DNA of 64,000 nucleotides, taken from NCBI GenBank assembly GCA_052168235.1, contig JBQLZK010000003.1:64001-128000 (forward strand), given 5' to 3'. The DNA is from Thainema sp. Its GTDB lineage: Bacteria; Cyanobacteriota; Cyanobacteriia; Phormidesmidales; Phormidesmidaceae. The translations under genes and the position numbers were made by a program. The notes below the pieces were generated by a model, which was given only the letters and a program-made list of their open reading frames with translations, was not told where the DNA came from and did not search any database. Positions 30,392 to 41,175 of the stretch are shown piece after piece. How positions within the stretch are numbered: position 1 is the stretch's first letter; the number at the start of each line of letters is the position of its first letter.

Positions 30392-30867
30392 AGTTTGCGG
30401 CTCTATCCAATTCACGCTTTTTGGAGAATTCTCCAATAGCATCAGCAACACGAAAAATAGAAAGGGCTTTACTGCGTGCAGTAAAACCCTTTCTTCGTTA
30501 TAGCCCCAAATTATTCTGACAACGCTGTAGCCAATTCGATCTTACTCCACGCCATAAAACTGTAAGAAATGATACGGATACAGGCTCATATCAACTGATA
30601 CCAAGAAAAATCGAACTAAAGCCATAGTTTTTTGAACATTTCTTGAACCGTCAGCGTTTTCCCTTTTCATTATTTGAATCCTGTGTGAGCTTGGACAAGT
30701 ACATATCAAGTTTGTTTTAAGGGAAATCTCGCAAGGGTTTCTACCGACTGCATAAGTTGCCTTGGCAACAGCATCAACGATGCAAATCGTTCTTTAAAGC
30801 CATTTCTAAATTACAGCTACACAAAGGCTTCGTTGCTCCCACTTGGGGAAAGCCGCTTCGCATCTAC

Positions 30868-30960
30868 TAGTCTGTCAGCTTTGTTTTGATAGTTCCCAGG
30901 GTTGAGGAGTCGCGCAAGGCGCGACTCCTCAACCCTCAATCCAAACCTGACACAGCACTA
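30868..30960. mobile_element. Putative 93-bp MITE with central 18-bp hairpin
   Basis: Ends TAGTCTGTCAGCTTTG / CAAACCTGACACAGCACTA (imperfect TIR); core AGGGTTGAGGAGTCGCGC-AAG-GCGCGACTCCTCAACCCT. Confidence 0.55.
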
Positions 30961-31146
30961 CGCTTCGTTGTCTTGAGTGCTCTATTCGGCTTGTTCTTGG
31001 GGTTTCCTCCAAAGCAAACTGAATAGAGCACAAGTTCTGCATCGGCTGTAGCGACGTCGCTCAAATGGTGTCAAGTCCCAAAAGATGTTAATCTCCAAAA
31101 AACAAACTTAAGAAAAAGTAAAGTTTGCTGAATTCCCCTTAATTCT

Positions 31147-32742
31147 GTGATACCAACTTCCACCTCAATCTCTACTTCCACCTCCCTACTGCCTCCATCT
31201 GAAGATATTGAAGCAGTCCGCGACTACATTAAGCGCACCTGGAAAACCTTGACCCGCTCAACTGAACATATCCTGGCTGCGGCTAAAGATTCAAAAGTGG
31301 ATCATGAGCGAAACACTCGCTGGCCCGTCTATATTTCCATCAAAGAAGATATTGAGCGCGTGCGCAACCACCTCAAACAGGTATTGCCGCCCAGCGAATT
31401 CAGCCGCATTGATCTGCGGGTACTACCAGCCGAAATCGACCAAATTGAAGAACACGGTCTGCTCTATCTGCCCCATGATTACGTGGTGCCCGGAGGTCGC
31501 TTCAACGAAATGTACGGCTGGGACAGCTACTTTATTCAGCTTGGCTTACTGCGCGATGGCGAGGTCGATCTGGCCCAAAGCCTCGTCGATCAGATGATTT
31601 ACGAGGTGGAGCATTATGGCACGGTGCTGAACGCGAATCGCACCTACATGCTGACGCGATCGCAACCGCCTGTGCTCACGCTGATGATCCTGGCTCAGTA
31701 TCAGTACAACGTTGATCGGGAGTGGTTGCTGTCTACGCTACCTGCGGTTGAGAGTTACTACTATTTCTGGACGGTGCCGCCCCATCTCAATCAGTCCACC
31801 GGACTATCCCACTACTACGATCTCGGCGAAGGCCCTGCCCCAGAAGTAGTCGTATCGGAACGGGATGAGTATGGTCGCACTCACTACGATCGCATCTGCG
31901 ACTACTACCAAAATCACGTGGTCGAAGATTACGACGTCAACCTGTATTACGACCGTGATCGCAACCAGCTAACCAATCTCTTCTTCAAAGGCGACCGAGC
32001 CATGCGAGAGTCAGGCCTCGACCCCACCAACCGCTTTGGCCCTTTCAGCGTTGATATTATTCACTATGCCCCCGTTTGTCTCAACGTGCTGCTTTACCAA
32101 ATGGAGCGGGACATCGCTGAAATTAACGACATCCTGGACCACAAGGATGCCTGGATTTCCTGGCGCGATCGCGCCATCAAGCGGCGAGCATTAATCAATC
32201 AATTTCTCTGGGATGAGGAGCAGGGGCAGTACTACGACTACAACTTCCGTACGGGTCAGCATCGCTACTACGACTACATCACCACGTTCTATCCCCTCTG
32301 GGTCGGCATCGCCAACCCACAGCAGGCCAAGCGCGTTGTAGAAAACCTTCACAAGTTTGAATGCCCAGGCGGATTGCGCACCAGCACCACCGTCACGGGC
32401 AACCAGTGGGACGCCCCCTTCGGCTGGGCACCACTAAACTGGATTGCGATTGAAGGACTGCGTCGCTATGGCTATGAAGAAGAAGCAAAGCGAATTGCAG
32501 GCAAGTTTATCAGTCTACTCGTGAAAGAGTTCAAGCGCACAGGCACACTGCTCGAAAAATATGACGTGGAAGCCTGTACTGGAGATGTGTCTTCCGAAAT
32601 TCACTTTGGCTACAGCAGCAACGAAATCGGCTTTGGCTGGACAAATGGGGTACTGCTAGAACTGTTGGAAACAATCAACTTTGAAAATTGCCTGCTTTCA
32701 ACCCGTCCCGCGAAAGAAGCCGATTTGATCAATCAGTTTTGA
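31147..32742 (+). CDS. Alpha,alpha-trehalase (GH37)
   Basis: VVPGGRFNEMYGWDSYF, NANRTYMLTRSQPP, RESGLD, QWDAPFGWAP, GFGWTNG. Confidence 0.94.
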   Translation: MIPTSTSISTSTSLLPPSEDIEAVRDYIKRTWKTLTRSTEHILAAAKDSKVDHERNTRWPVYISIKEDIERVRNHLKQVLPPSEFSRIDLRVLPAEIDQIEEHGLLYLPHDYVVPGGRFNEMYGWDSYFIQLGLLRDGEVDLAQSLVDQMIYEVEHYGTVLNANRTYMLTRSQPPVLTLMILAQYQYNVDREWLLSTLPAVESYYYFWTVPPHLNQSTGLSHYYDLGEGPAPEVVVSERDEYGRTHYDRICDYYQNHVVEDYDVNLYYDRDRNQLTNLFFKGDRAMRESGLDPTNRFGPFSVDIIHYAPVCLNVLLYQMERDIAEINDILDHKDAWISWRDRAIKRRALINQFLWDEEQGQYYDYNFRTGQHRYYDYITTFYPLWVGIANPQQAKRVVENLHKFECPGGLRTSTTVTGNQWDAPFGWAPLNWIAIEGLRRYGYEEEAKRIAGKFISLLVKEFKRTGTLLEKYDVEACTGDVSSEIHFGYSSNEIGFGWTNGVLLELLETINFENCLLSTRPAKEADLINQF

Positions 32743-34010
32743 CTTTGGCTGCAAAATCCGGTGACTCAAGCCCCTGTCATCATGCGTTGTAGGAGAATTA
32801 ATATCCCAAATATCCCAAAGCGGGTATTCTGCACCGTCATGCGGCAGCAGAATACCCGCTTTGGGTTTAGACCTCAAGAAATCATGACCTGATTCACCAA
32901 TTTTCTTTTTCGGGTGCAAGTTTTACTGAACTAACGGTGAATACTAAGGATCTCATAAAATTCTCTGCAAAATCTCAGGTTTTGGGGTGATGATAGGGTA
33001 ATGGAACATTCGTTCCGTTATTTTCGTTATACAGATAGCGTCAAGCCTAGCTAAAACCCTACCGCTATTTCTGGTCACGCTTGCACCGCAGGCGCTTCTC
33101 TAGAAAGAGTCGGGTCTATTCACATGAGGCTTGGTATAAAAACTGGCAGGTCACTTTACCGATTTTTTACCTACATGAACCAAACTAAGTGGCTAAAAGA
33201 CAGAGCAGTCTTTAACAAAGCCGTCTTCAAGCGTGGGGGTGAGGGTTACTCAAACTTGCCAATGCTAATGATAAATGCCATGTAATTCATGATCGATGAG
33301 GTGAATTTAGTATGCTTCCGCCACCCGATCTACCGGGACTACATACGTAGGGCTAACGCGATCTATTCTGGTTGGGTTATCCGTATTTCCCTCGCTAAAT
33401 GGTTCAGGCATAATTTACATAACTCGCCAGTAATAAACTCAATCGTCCCCTAGTCCCCAAACAGATTCTATCAACAGGATGAGTTATTTCAATCAATTCA
33501 TTTCTAGGCTAGATATTGAAGCGTGATAAACTAAACTCATAATGATTCCGAATTAGCATCTGTAGTCGTTTTGAAGCCGCTTGGCACTTGAGCCGTTATT
33601 GAGCTGTTAGAATTGGTGGCTGAGCCGTTTAAATCTGTGAGTTGAACTTTCCCAACAGTTAATTATGCTCCTGATTTCGCTCCATCAGCAAATGGGTTTA
33701 TGAATTCGACTGATTAAAGTCTTGACCCTATCTCTGTAGCTGTTACATCCCTCAAGCTTCTGTAATGTTCATCACCTCAACCCGCCACACCAAAGCGCAG
33801 GCTGGTTCTGAGTTTCAACGCTGCCCTTTCAATTTCGTTATAGCTCTTCTTTAAGATTGACCGTTTTGGTTTCATTCACCTGTCTACTTTCATTCTAGAA
33901 CCCAGAGCAATATTCGTAGGCTCTGTCCTCTAGGTTCTCTAACTTTTTACTTCTACTATCCTTGTTCTTCCCTGTTGCCGAATTTATTTCGATCGGAGTT
34001 GTTTAACCCC

Positions 34011-34991
34011 ATGCCCAACGCAAAAATCCAGAAGAATACTAAACCCACCTTCTCAGCGGATATGGTACGAACCTATCTGCATGAGATTGGTCGAGTTCCC
34101 TTGTTGACCCATGAGCAGGAAATTGTGTTGGGTAAGCAAGTTCAGCAGCTAATGGAACTGCTCGACATCCAGGCGAATTTGACCGAAACGCTAGAGCGCG
34201 AGCCGACTCAGCAAGAGTGGGCTGATAAAGCTGATATGACTGTAGATGAGCTAGAGCAGCATCTGCGGGTCGGACAGCGTGCGAAACAAAAAATGATTGA
34301 GGCGAATTTGCGCCTAGTCGTTGCGATCGCAAAGAAATACCAAAAGCGGAATCTAGAGTTTCTTGACTTAATCCAAGAGGGAACGCTGGGCCTAGAGCGT
34401 GGTGTAGAGAAGTTTGACCCCACTAAGGGCTACAAATTCTCAACCTACGCCTACTGGTGGATTCGTCAGGCTATCACACGTGCGATTGCACAGCAGGCTC
34501 GTACGATCCGCTTGCCGATTCACATTACTGAGAAACTGAACAAAATCAAGAAAGTTCAGCGCGAACTATCCCAAACGTTAGGTCGTAGCCCCAACGCCGT
34601 CGAGATTGCGGAAGCGCTGGAGCTGGAACCGAAACAGGTACGTGAATATCTGCTGATGGCTCGTCAGCCCGTTTCCTTAGATCTGCGGATTGGTGACAAT
34701 CAAGATACCGAGCTGCAAGACCTATTAGAAGACGAAGATGCATCGCCGGAAGATTATACGGTGCAGGAGTCGTTGCGGTCTGACATCCAGGGGATGCTCT
34801 CAGAGCTAACCCCTCAGCAGCGAGAAGTGCTGACGCTGCGGTTTGGCCTCAATGATGGTCATGAGCTATCTTTGGCTAAAGTTGGTCAGCGGATGAGCAT
34901 TAGCCGTGAGCGGGTACGCCAGCTTGAACGGCAGGCACTTGATCATCTGCGTCGGAAGAAAGCCAATATTCGAGGCTATCTAGCCAGCTAG
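34011..34991 (+). CDS. sigB: Group 2 RpoD-like sigma factor (SigB-like)
   Basis: DMVRTYLHEIGRVPLLTHEQEI, ANLRLVV, DLIQEG, KFSTYAYWWIRQAITRAIA, SRERVRQLE; no region 1.1; paralogue assignment tentative. Confidence 0.8.
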   Translation: MPNAKIQKNTKPTFSADMVRTYLHEIGRVPLLTHEQEIVLGKQVQQLMELLDIQANLTETLEREPTQQEWADKADMTVDELEQHLRVGQRAKQKMIEANLRLVVAIAKKYQKRNLEFLDLIQEGTLGLERGVEKFDPTKGYKFSTYAYWWIRQAITRAIAQQARTIRLPIHITEKLNKIKKVQRELSQTLGRSPNAVEIAEALELEPKQVREYLLMARQPVSLDLRIGDNQDTELQDLLEDEDASPEDYTVQESLRSDIQGMLSELTPQQREVLTLRFGLNDGHELSLAKVGQRMSISRERVRQLERQALDHLRRKKANIRGYLAS

Positions 34992-35004
34992 GTTCTGTAT
35001 TACA

Positions 35005-35053
35005 CCACATATAGCAAAGCGGGGCACAATGTGCCCCGCTTTGCTATATGTGG
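35005..35053. terminator. 23-bp perfect hairpin between convergent genes
   Basis: CCACATATAGCAAAGCGGGGCAC-AAT-GTGCCCCGCTTTGCTATATGTGG. Confidence 0.7.
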
Positions 35054-35059
35054 CTGAAT

Positions 35060-35374
35060 CTACTTTTCGCGCACTAAAAACTCGATATTTGAAGTCAAGG
35101 GGTCTTTGACTAACCCAACCCCGATAAAGCCCCAGCGCTCCAGTAATTTGCCTAGTTGAGTCCCCGGTACCGATTCGACGGCAAACCGATCTGCGACATC
35201 GGGAGCGTGCGTATTCAGATAGCTCAATGCCTCATACTGCTCCTGGAACAGCAGCAAAAAACCAGCCTGCGGTGCCGCCGCTTCTTCTGTATCGGTTGTG
35301 CGTCGTGGATGAGCCACCAAATACTGGCCATCCATGCGCGATCGCAATAAATAATGAATCTGTGAAACCACCAT
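35060..35374 (-). CDS. Conserved cyanobacterial hypothetical protein
   Basis: YLLRSRMDGQYL...EALSYLNTHA...LLERWGFIGVGLVKDPL. Confidence 0.8.
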   Translation of the reverse strand: MVVSQIHYLLRSRMDGQYLVAHPRRTTDTEEAAAPQAGFLLLFQEQYEALSYLNTHAPDVADRFAVESVPGTQLGKLLERWGFIGVGLVKDPLTSNIEFLVREK

Positions 35375-35425
35375 AGGCTTATGGAACGGTACAACTTAGT
35401 ACAACTTGGGACGGTTTGATCAGTA

Positions 35426-36511
35426 CTACTTGATATCGGTAAAGCTAATCCGCGGATCGGCTGCCCTCAACATCAGATCAGCTAGCAAGTTACCAACAAT
35501 CAGCATCGTTGCACCAATCATCAAGCTCGCCATAATCAAGTATTCATCCTGAAAGATCACCGCTTGCAGGGTTAGGCGACCCAGACCCGGCCAGTTAAAA
35601 AACGTCTCGGTAATAAACGCTCCGCCCAGCAAACCTGCAAACTCAAAGCCCAGCAGAGTGATCAGCGGGTTGATGGCGTTGCGCAATGCATGAACATAGA
35701 TCACGCGATTCTCGGGTAATCCCTTGGCTCTTGCTGTCTTGATATAGTCCTGCCGCAGCACGTCCAGCAGTTGACCCCGCATAATTCGCTGTAGTCCGGC
35801 AAAGCTAGTAATGCTCAGCGCCAAGGTTGGCAAAATCATATGCCAGCCGATATCTAACACCTTACCAATCGGATTGAGATCCGCATGGTTAATACTGGTC
35901 ATGCCGCCCACGGGAAAAATTGGGGATGTGGCCTGGGCAAACATCAAGAAGAGTAGGCCCGTGACAATGCTCGGCATTCCCTGTCCCAGGTACGACAAAA
36001 CTCGCAAACCCCGATCAGCAAACTGATTTTGCCGCACTGCGCCAACGATGCCCAAGGGAATCGCAACTGCCCAGGTTAATAAGAACGAAGAAATAGACAG
36101 CAGCAGCGTGTTAAACGCCCGCTCCCACAGCAGTTCCACCACGGGCCGTTGATAGGTCAAACTGTTACCAAAGTCCTGATTAAACACCACTTGTCTGAGC
36201 CAGAGCCAGTAGCGCTCCCAAGCCGGCTTATCCAAGCCAAATCGCTCTGTGAGCTGTTGCAGCGTTTCGGCGGAAACTGATGGGTCTTGGCGAAACTTAT
36301 CAACGTAGTCGCCCGGAGCAAGTTGAATCACGAAAAAAGCCAGAATGGAGGCCAGAAACAGCGTAAATATAGCCTGCAACACGCGCTTGACGATGAACAA
36401 GAACGTATCGCTGGTCAGAAAATCAACTATGCGATCGCGGATCGACGACATGCGATTGTCACGCTTGGGCGACTTGGGAGCATCAGACGGTGAATCAGGG
36501 ATGAAGGTCAT
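35426..36511 (-). CDS. Peptide/nickel ABC transporter permease (OppB/DppB-like)
   Basis: FGLDKP, DYIKTARAKGL, HALRNA, ETFFNWPGLG. Confidence 0.92.
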   Translation of the reverse strand: MTFIPDSPSDAPKSPKRDNRMSSIRDRIVDFLTSDTFLFIVKRVLQAIFTLFLASILAFFVIQLAPGDYVDKFRQDPSVSAETLQQLTERFGLDKPAWERYWLWLRQVVFNQDFGNSLTYQRPVVELLWERAFNTLLLSISSFLLTWAVAIPLGIVGAVRQNQFADRGLRVLSYLGQGMPSIVTGLLFLMFAQATSPIFPVGGMTSINHADLNPIGKVLDIGWHMILPTLALSITSFAGLQRIMRGQLLDVLRQDYIKTARAKGLPENRVIYVHALRNAINPLITLLGFEFAGLLGGAFITETFFNWPGLGRLTLQAVIFQDEYLIMASLMIGATMLIVGNLLADLMLRAADPRISFTDIK

Positions 36512-36531
36512 AAAAGGCTAAATCCTGAACC

Positions 36532-37044
36532 TTAATATTCCACTAGGGTAACAACTGGAACCTGAGGTAGCTTCTGACGACCCGCTAGCGCCAGCAGTTC
36601 GACAATAAAGCCAAAGCCGATCACCTCGGCTCCGGTTTGTTCAACAAGCTGTGCCGTGGCGGCGGCTGTGCCACCCGTGGCGATTAAATCGTCTACGATC
36701 AGCACCTTTGCACCCTCATGCAGGGCATCCTGGTGCATTTCTAGACTATCGGTTCCGTATTCAAGTTCATACTCGACGGCGTGGACAGCGGCTGGCAGCT
36801 TACCCGGTTTCCGCACGGGTACAAATCCCGTGCCCAGCTTATAAGCCAGCGGTGGCCCAAAGATGAAACCACGGGACTCCATACCCAAGATGTAGTCCGG
36901 CTGGAGACTGGCACACTTTTCAGCCATTAGATCAATGGTGTAGCGCAATCCGTCGGGATTTTGCAGCAGGGTTGTAATGTCACGAAACAAAATACCGGGT
37001 TTAGGAAAGTCAGGAATATCGCGAATCAGCGCTTTGAGATCCAT
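36532..37044 (-). CDS. apt: Adenine phosphoribosyltransferase
   Basis: [37 protein letters not shown]. Confidence 0.97.
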   Translation of the reverse strand: MDLKALIRDIPDFPKPGILFRDITTLLQNPDGLRYTIDLMAEKCASLQPDYILGMESRGFIFGPPLAYKLGTGFVPVRKPGKLPAAVHAVEYELEYGTDSLEMHQDALHEGAKVLIVDDLIATGGTAAATAQLVEQTGAEVIGFGFIVELLALAGRQKLPQVPVVTLVEY

Positions 37045-37230
37045 GAGTTAATTCGGGTAAGTAAATGGCGGACGATTAAACGGACAATTGGATCGTGTAG
37101 ATCGTAGAAATCCTACCATTTTCACCTGTCACAGATTGGTATCACAAATTGGTTCACGGATTCGGATTACAGATTGAGTCACGAATTGGGCTCGTCTGGA
37201 ACGTTTGGGAGGTGGGGCTGTAGAGGCTTA

Positions 37231-37323
37231 TATAGCGGTTCTAGATAAGAATGAGAGAGGAGAGTGCCTCATCCTGAGGCACTCTCCTCTCTCGTTTTCT
37301 CACTCTTAACTGGAATCACTATA
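37231..37323. mobile_element. 93-bp MITE with central 19-bp hairpin
   Basis: TIRs TATAGCGGTTCTAGATAAGAATGAGA vs reverse complement TATAGTGATTCCAGTTAAGAGTGAGA; core GAGAGAGGAGAGTGCCTCA-TCC-TGAGGCACTCTCCTCTCTC; TA ends. Confidence 0.7.
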
Positions 37324-37364
37324 GAAGCTGTGAAAGGCTGTAAAGGCATTAGGCTGCTCACCCC

Positions 37365-38564
37365 TTACCGTCGAATGGTTGTAAAGTTCTCGAACCAGCC
37401 TCGTCGCCAGAAAAAGGCAATTAGGCTGGCGCTAATTGTGATCATGATGGCCCAGGCAAATGGATAGCCCAAGTACCAGTCCAGCTCCGGCATATTGAGC
37501 GGCGAGGCTTCCGGGTTGAAGTTCATGCCGTAGAGTCCGGTGACAAAGGTGAGGGGAATAAAGATGGTCGAAATGACGGTCAGTAGCTTCATCACTTCGT
37601 TCATCCGGTTGCTGACTGAGGAGAGATAGACATCCATCAAACTGGATACCAGTTCGCGATAGGTTTCTACGATGTCGAGTACCTGAATGATGTGGTCATA
37701 GCAGTCTCGCAGATAGACCTGCACTTCTGGGCTAATAAACTCGGTACTGTCGCGAATTAGGGTGTTAATGGCGCTGCGGAGAGGCCAGATGGAGCGACGC
37801 AGAGAAAATAACTCTCGGCGCAGGTCGTGAATTCGTTCTAGGGTTTGGCGAGTGGGATTACTGACCACCTCTTCTTCTAAATTTTCGATATGTTCTCCAT
37901 AAACTTCCAGAACTGGAAAAAAACCATCAATAATCGAGTCCAGCAGCGCATAGGCTAAATAGTCCACGCCTTGCCGTCGAATCAATCCCTTATTACGCCG
38001 AATGCGATCGCGGACTGGATCGAAGGAATCCTGTTCCGGTTCTTCCTGTACCGTCAGTAAATAGTGCTGGCCCAGGATTAAACTCACCTGCTCGCTGTAG
38101 AAGCCCTGGCCGGATTCTTTAGGAGCTACCATACGGGCAATGATCAGCAGGTGCTCGTCGTAGCGCTCCACCTTGGGTCGCTGCGGCACGTTGACCACGT
38201 CTTCCAATACCAGCGGATGCAGGTGAAACACGCTACCCATACGGCGCAGGACGTTTTCGCTGCCCAGCCCCTGCACATCCACCCAGGAAACGCTGTCGGT
38301 ATCGAGATAAGGAGCGCAGGCTTCAGGCGCGTCTAACTGAACAATGTGAGCATGGCGAGGCTGATAATCAATCAGCATGATAACGGGTGGGTGGGCGTCC
38401 TCCTCAATGGTTAAGGTGCCAGGAGAACTGCCCGGTGCATCAAAGTGATAGTCAAAGTAAGGTTCTTCTTCCTCTTCCTCTATTTCTTCGTTCTCCGGTT
38501 CTCGCTCCAGGCGTCGTAGTTCAGTTTCGGTGAGTCCTGACGACCGCAGTGGTGAATTTGACAT
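37365..38564 (-). CDS. corA: Magnesium/cobalt transporter CorA
   Basis: LHPLVLEDV, YLRDCYDH, MNEVMKLLT, GLYGMNF. Confidence 0.96.
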   Translation of the reverse strand: MSNSPLRSSGLTETELRRLEREPENEEIEEEEEEPYFDYHFDAPGSSPGTLTIEEDAHPPVIMLIDYQPRHAHIVQLDAPEACAPYLDTDSVSWVDVQGLGSENVLRRMGSVFHLHPLVLEDVVNVPQRPKVERYDEHLLIIARMVAPKESGQGFYSEQVSLILGQHYLLTVQEEPEQDSFDPVRDRIRRNKGLIRRQGVDYLAYALLDSIIDGFFPVLEVYGEHIENLEEEVVSNPTRQTLERIHDLRRELFSLRRSIWPLRSAINTLIRDSTEFISPEVQVYLRDCYDHIIQVLDIVETYRELVSSLMDVYLSSVSNRMNEVMKLLTVISTIFIPLTFVTGLYGMNFNPEASPLNMPELDWYLGYPFAWAIMITISASLIAFFWRRGWFENFTTIRR

Positions 38565-38841
38565 GGATTTTCCTTTGTGTTGAACCTTATTGAACTCTGT
38601 TGACTCGAACCTTACATGGAAATTTGGTCAACAGGTGACAGTCCGATCAGCGACAGCGTTGGCGATTTAGGCTAAAACAGATTCAGTCTGAATGATTGAT
38701 GGCTACCGTCATCGCCAGCGCATGTTTAGACGGCTCTATTTTAGGTTGAGTTGATTTGTACCAGCCTGTTTTGTCTATCTCCGTCATGATGCCGTTTACC
38801 CATGTTTGGATTAGCATCAAACCATGTCGTGATTGCCAACC

Positions 38842-41040
38842 ATGATCGAACAGCACCCCCATCTTGATTTTGCCCATTTGCCGCTGGTTCTAGCAGGACC
38901 AGTTCTGCGCCGGACTGAACCAGACGCGGTAACGGTTTGGCTAGCGCTACAGCAGCCTTGTCAGATTACGCTGACGGTATACGACACGACGAGGGCTGGT
39001 GCGGCAGTGGGGCAAGCGCTGCTATCAAGCGTGGCGGAAACGGTGGCTATTGGTCGCCGTTTACATCTGTTGGCGATTACCGCTCGTCCAGTTACGGGCC
39101 AGGTTTTAGAGAGCGATCGCATTTACGCGTACGATTTGCAGTTTGCGATCGCAAATTCAGCAGATTCACTCCAGTCACCCCTTTCACTCAGCGAGGCAAT
39201 TGGCGACAGCGTTGAAGGCTTGAGCTATTTCGACCACGGCCTACCAACGTTTATCCTGCCGCCGACCGATTGGCATGACTTGAAGCTGGCGCATGGTTCC
39301 TGCCGCAAGCCCCACGGCACAGGCCACGATGCGCTGCCGCTACTGGATAAGTTACTGACACACACAGCAGCAGATCCGAAACAGCGACCGCATCAGATCT
39401 ACTTCACGGGCGACCAGATCTACGGCGATGACGTAGCGGAGCCGATGCTGTGGCTGGTGCACTATTTGGGGCCGGATCTGCTGGGTTGGGAAGAATTACT
39501 GCCCACGGGCGATCCGACTAAGTCGCTGAAGCCTGGACAAAGACGCGCAGCGGCTGAAGACTATGGTGGCCTGACGGCGGCCTTAGGCAAAAAAGATGCC
39601 AGCAAGGTCAGTAGCCATTTGCTGAGCTTGGGCGAATATTTGGCCGCTTATCTGCTGAATCACTCTCCTACCTGCTGGCCGCAGCGGTTTCCAACGGCCA
39701 ATGAGGCGGGACAGGGCAAAAACTGGACGAAACAGGTTGAAAATCTGCAACTGTTTGCTCAGCCGCTGGGGCGGGTGCGCCGCGCTTTGGCCAATATCCC
39801 GGTCTACGCCATTTTCGATGACCATGATGTGAGTGACGATTGGAACCTGAACCAAACCTGGTGCTTGCGCGTGTACGGTCGGCCAATGGGCTACCGGGTG
39901 GTGCAGAATGCGCTGCTGGCCTATGCGCTGGTGCAAGCGTGGGGCAATACGCCCTGGCAGTTTGCTGCTGATCAACCCGGTAGCTCCTTACTCAATTCGG
40001 TGCAGCGCTGGTCAGCGTCGGCTGGGGGAGATGCTGAGAGCGGAATTGCGATCGCACATTACCTGGGTTTACCGCCAGTTGATTCTCACACCGGATTGCC
40101 CAAATTTGACCAAGAAGCAGACTGTTTTGTTCTGAGTCGCGAAGCCGGATCATTGACCTGGCACTACACGGTAGGAAGCTCTTGCCATCAGGTGATTGCC
40201 CTGGATACGCGAACGCATCGGGGCTATCCTATGAATGACCACGCTTTAGCTCCCCCCAAGCTGCTCACCCCGTTCGGATTGGAGACTCAACTGACCCAAA
40301 ACCTCCAACCTGAAACTGATCAGCAGTTGACGTTAGTAATTGCGCCAACCAATGTGTTCAGCATCAAGCTGATTGATGTCATTCACCAGTATTTCCTGCG
40401 CCAAAAAAAGGTCTTTGGCTCGGATGTTGGTGATGCCTGGAACCTGCCAACTGAGGCGCTGGCCAGTTTAATTACGACGTTATTCCAGCAGCGCAAACGG
40501 GTAATTGTCCTGTCCGGTGATATTCACTTCAGCTTTGCCGTCCGCCTAGAACTAACCAGCCAAGATCCAAGCGTTAATTCGGGCGTGTTGGTGCAGCTTA
40601 CGGCCAGCTCGATTGACAATGAAGAAACCCTGACCCGAATTATTCACACGCGCTTGAAGGACATACTTTGGCCCGAACGCACCCGCCACCTACAGGGCTG
40701 GATCAATCCACCACAGTTGGCGGAAACCAAAACTCCCCGCTTTCATCACCCCACGAAGCCCGATTGGTTTGGCAAACTTACTTGGGTTCCCCGCCAGCCG
40801 ACCCAATCGCCCGCATTCAGCCCCATTGCTGAGTGGGTGCCCGTCAAGCGGCGTGGACGCTGGTTGCGATCGCTAAAGTTTTGGAAAAGCCGCTGGGTTC
40901 AGGAGGGGCGTGAACTGGTCGGACGCAATAACTTATCCGTCGTCCATTTTAGTCAAGATAAGGTTCAGCAAGACAGCTACTGGTATGCACCCTGGTCAGA
41001 AGGTGAAATTGTTCGCAGCCGCTTTGAAAGTGAGTTGTAA
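38842..41040 (+). CDS. PhoD-like metallophosphatase
   Basis: HGSCRKPHG, TGDQIYGDDVA, IFDDHDVSDDWN, LSGDIH. Confidence 0.85.
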   Translation: MIEQHPHLDFAHLPLVLAGPVLRRTEPDAVTVWLALQQPCQITLTVYDTTRAGAAVGQALLSSVAETVAIGRRLHLLAITARPVTGQVLESDRIYAYDLQFAIANSADSLQSPLSLSEAIGDSVEGLSYFDHGLPTFILPPTDWHDLKLAHGSCRKPHGTGHDALPLLDKLLTHTAADPKQRPHQIYFTGDQIYGDDVAEPMLWLVHYLGPDLLGWEELLPTGDPTKSLKPGQRRAAAEDYGGLTAALGKKDASKVSSHLLSLGEYLAAYLLNHSPTCWPQRFPTANEAGQGKNWTKQVENLQLFAQPLGRVRRALANIPVYAIFDDHDVSDDWNLNQTWCLRVYGRPMGYRVVQNALLAYALVQAWGNTPWQFAADQPGSSLLNSVQRWSASAGGDAESGIAIAHYLGLPPVDSHTGLPKFDQEADCFVLSREAGSLTWHYTVGSSCHQVIALDTRTHRGYPMNDHALAPPKLLTPFGLETQLTQNLQPETDQQLTLVIAPTNVFSIKLIDVIHQYFLRQKKVFGSDVGDAWNLPTEALASLITTLFQQRKRVIVLSGDIHFSFAVRLELTSQDPSVNSGVLVQLTASSIDNEETLTRIIHTRLKDILWPERTRHLQGWINPPQLAETKTPRFHHPTKPDWFGKLTWVPRQPTQSPAFSPIAEWVPVKRRGRWLRSLKFWKSRWVQEGRELVGRNNLSVVHFSQDKVQQDSYWYAPWSEGEIVRSRFESEL

Positions 41041-41067
41041 GTCGGCAACTGGGCATGCTGAGGATAC

Positions 41068-41156
41068 TAGGCTTTATTGGGAATAAGGTTTTGGGGTCGG
41101 AAATTGTTTTGTAGCGCGGCTGAGCCGCGCTACAAAACAATTTCCGATAAAGTCTA
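41068..41156. mobile_element. Putative MITE containing a 24-bp perfect hairpin
   Basis: Ends TAGGCTTTATTGG / CCGATAAAGTCTA; hairpin 41097-41147 with TGA loop. Confidence 0.5.
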
Positions 41157-41175
41157 CTGATGTGGGGATCACAGC

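Noticed and set aside
30562..30575. GTA-N8-TAC upstream of trehalase as an NtcA site
   Set aside because: Minimal 6-bp match, about 570 bp from the gene, no TAN3T at the canonical spacing; expected by chance
32743..34010. Gene or riboswitch in the 1.27-kb gap before the sigma factor
   Set aside because: No credible ORF or recognisable RNA motif; long leaders are common for group-2 sigma genes
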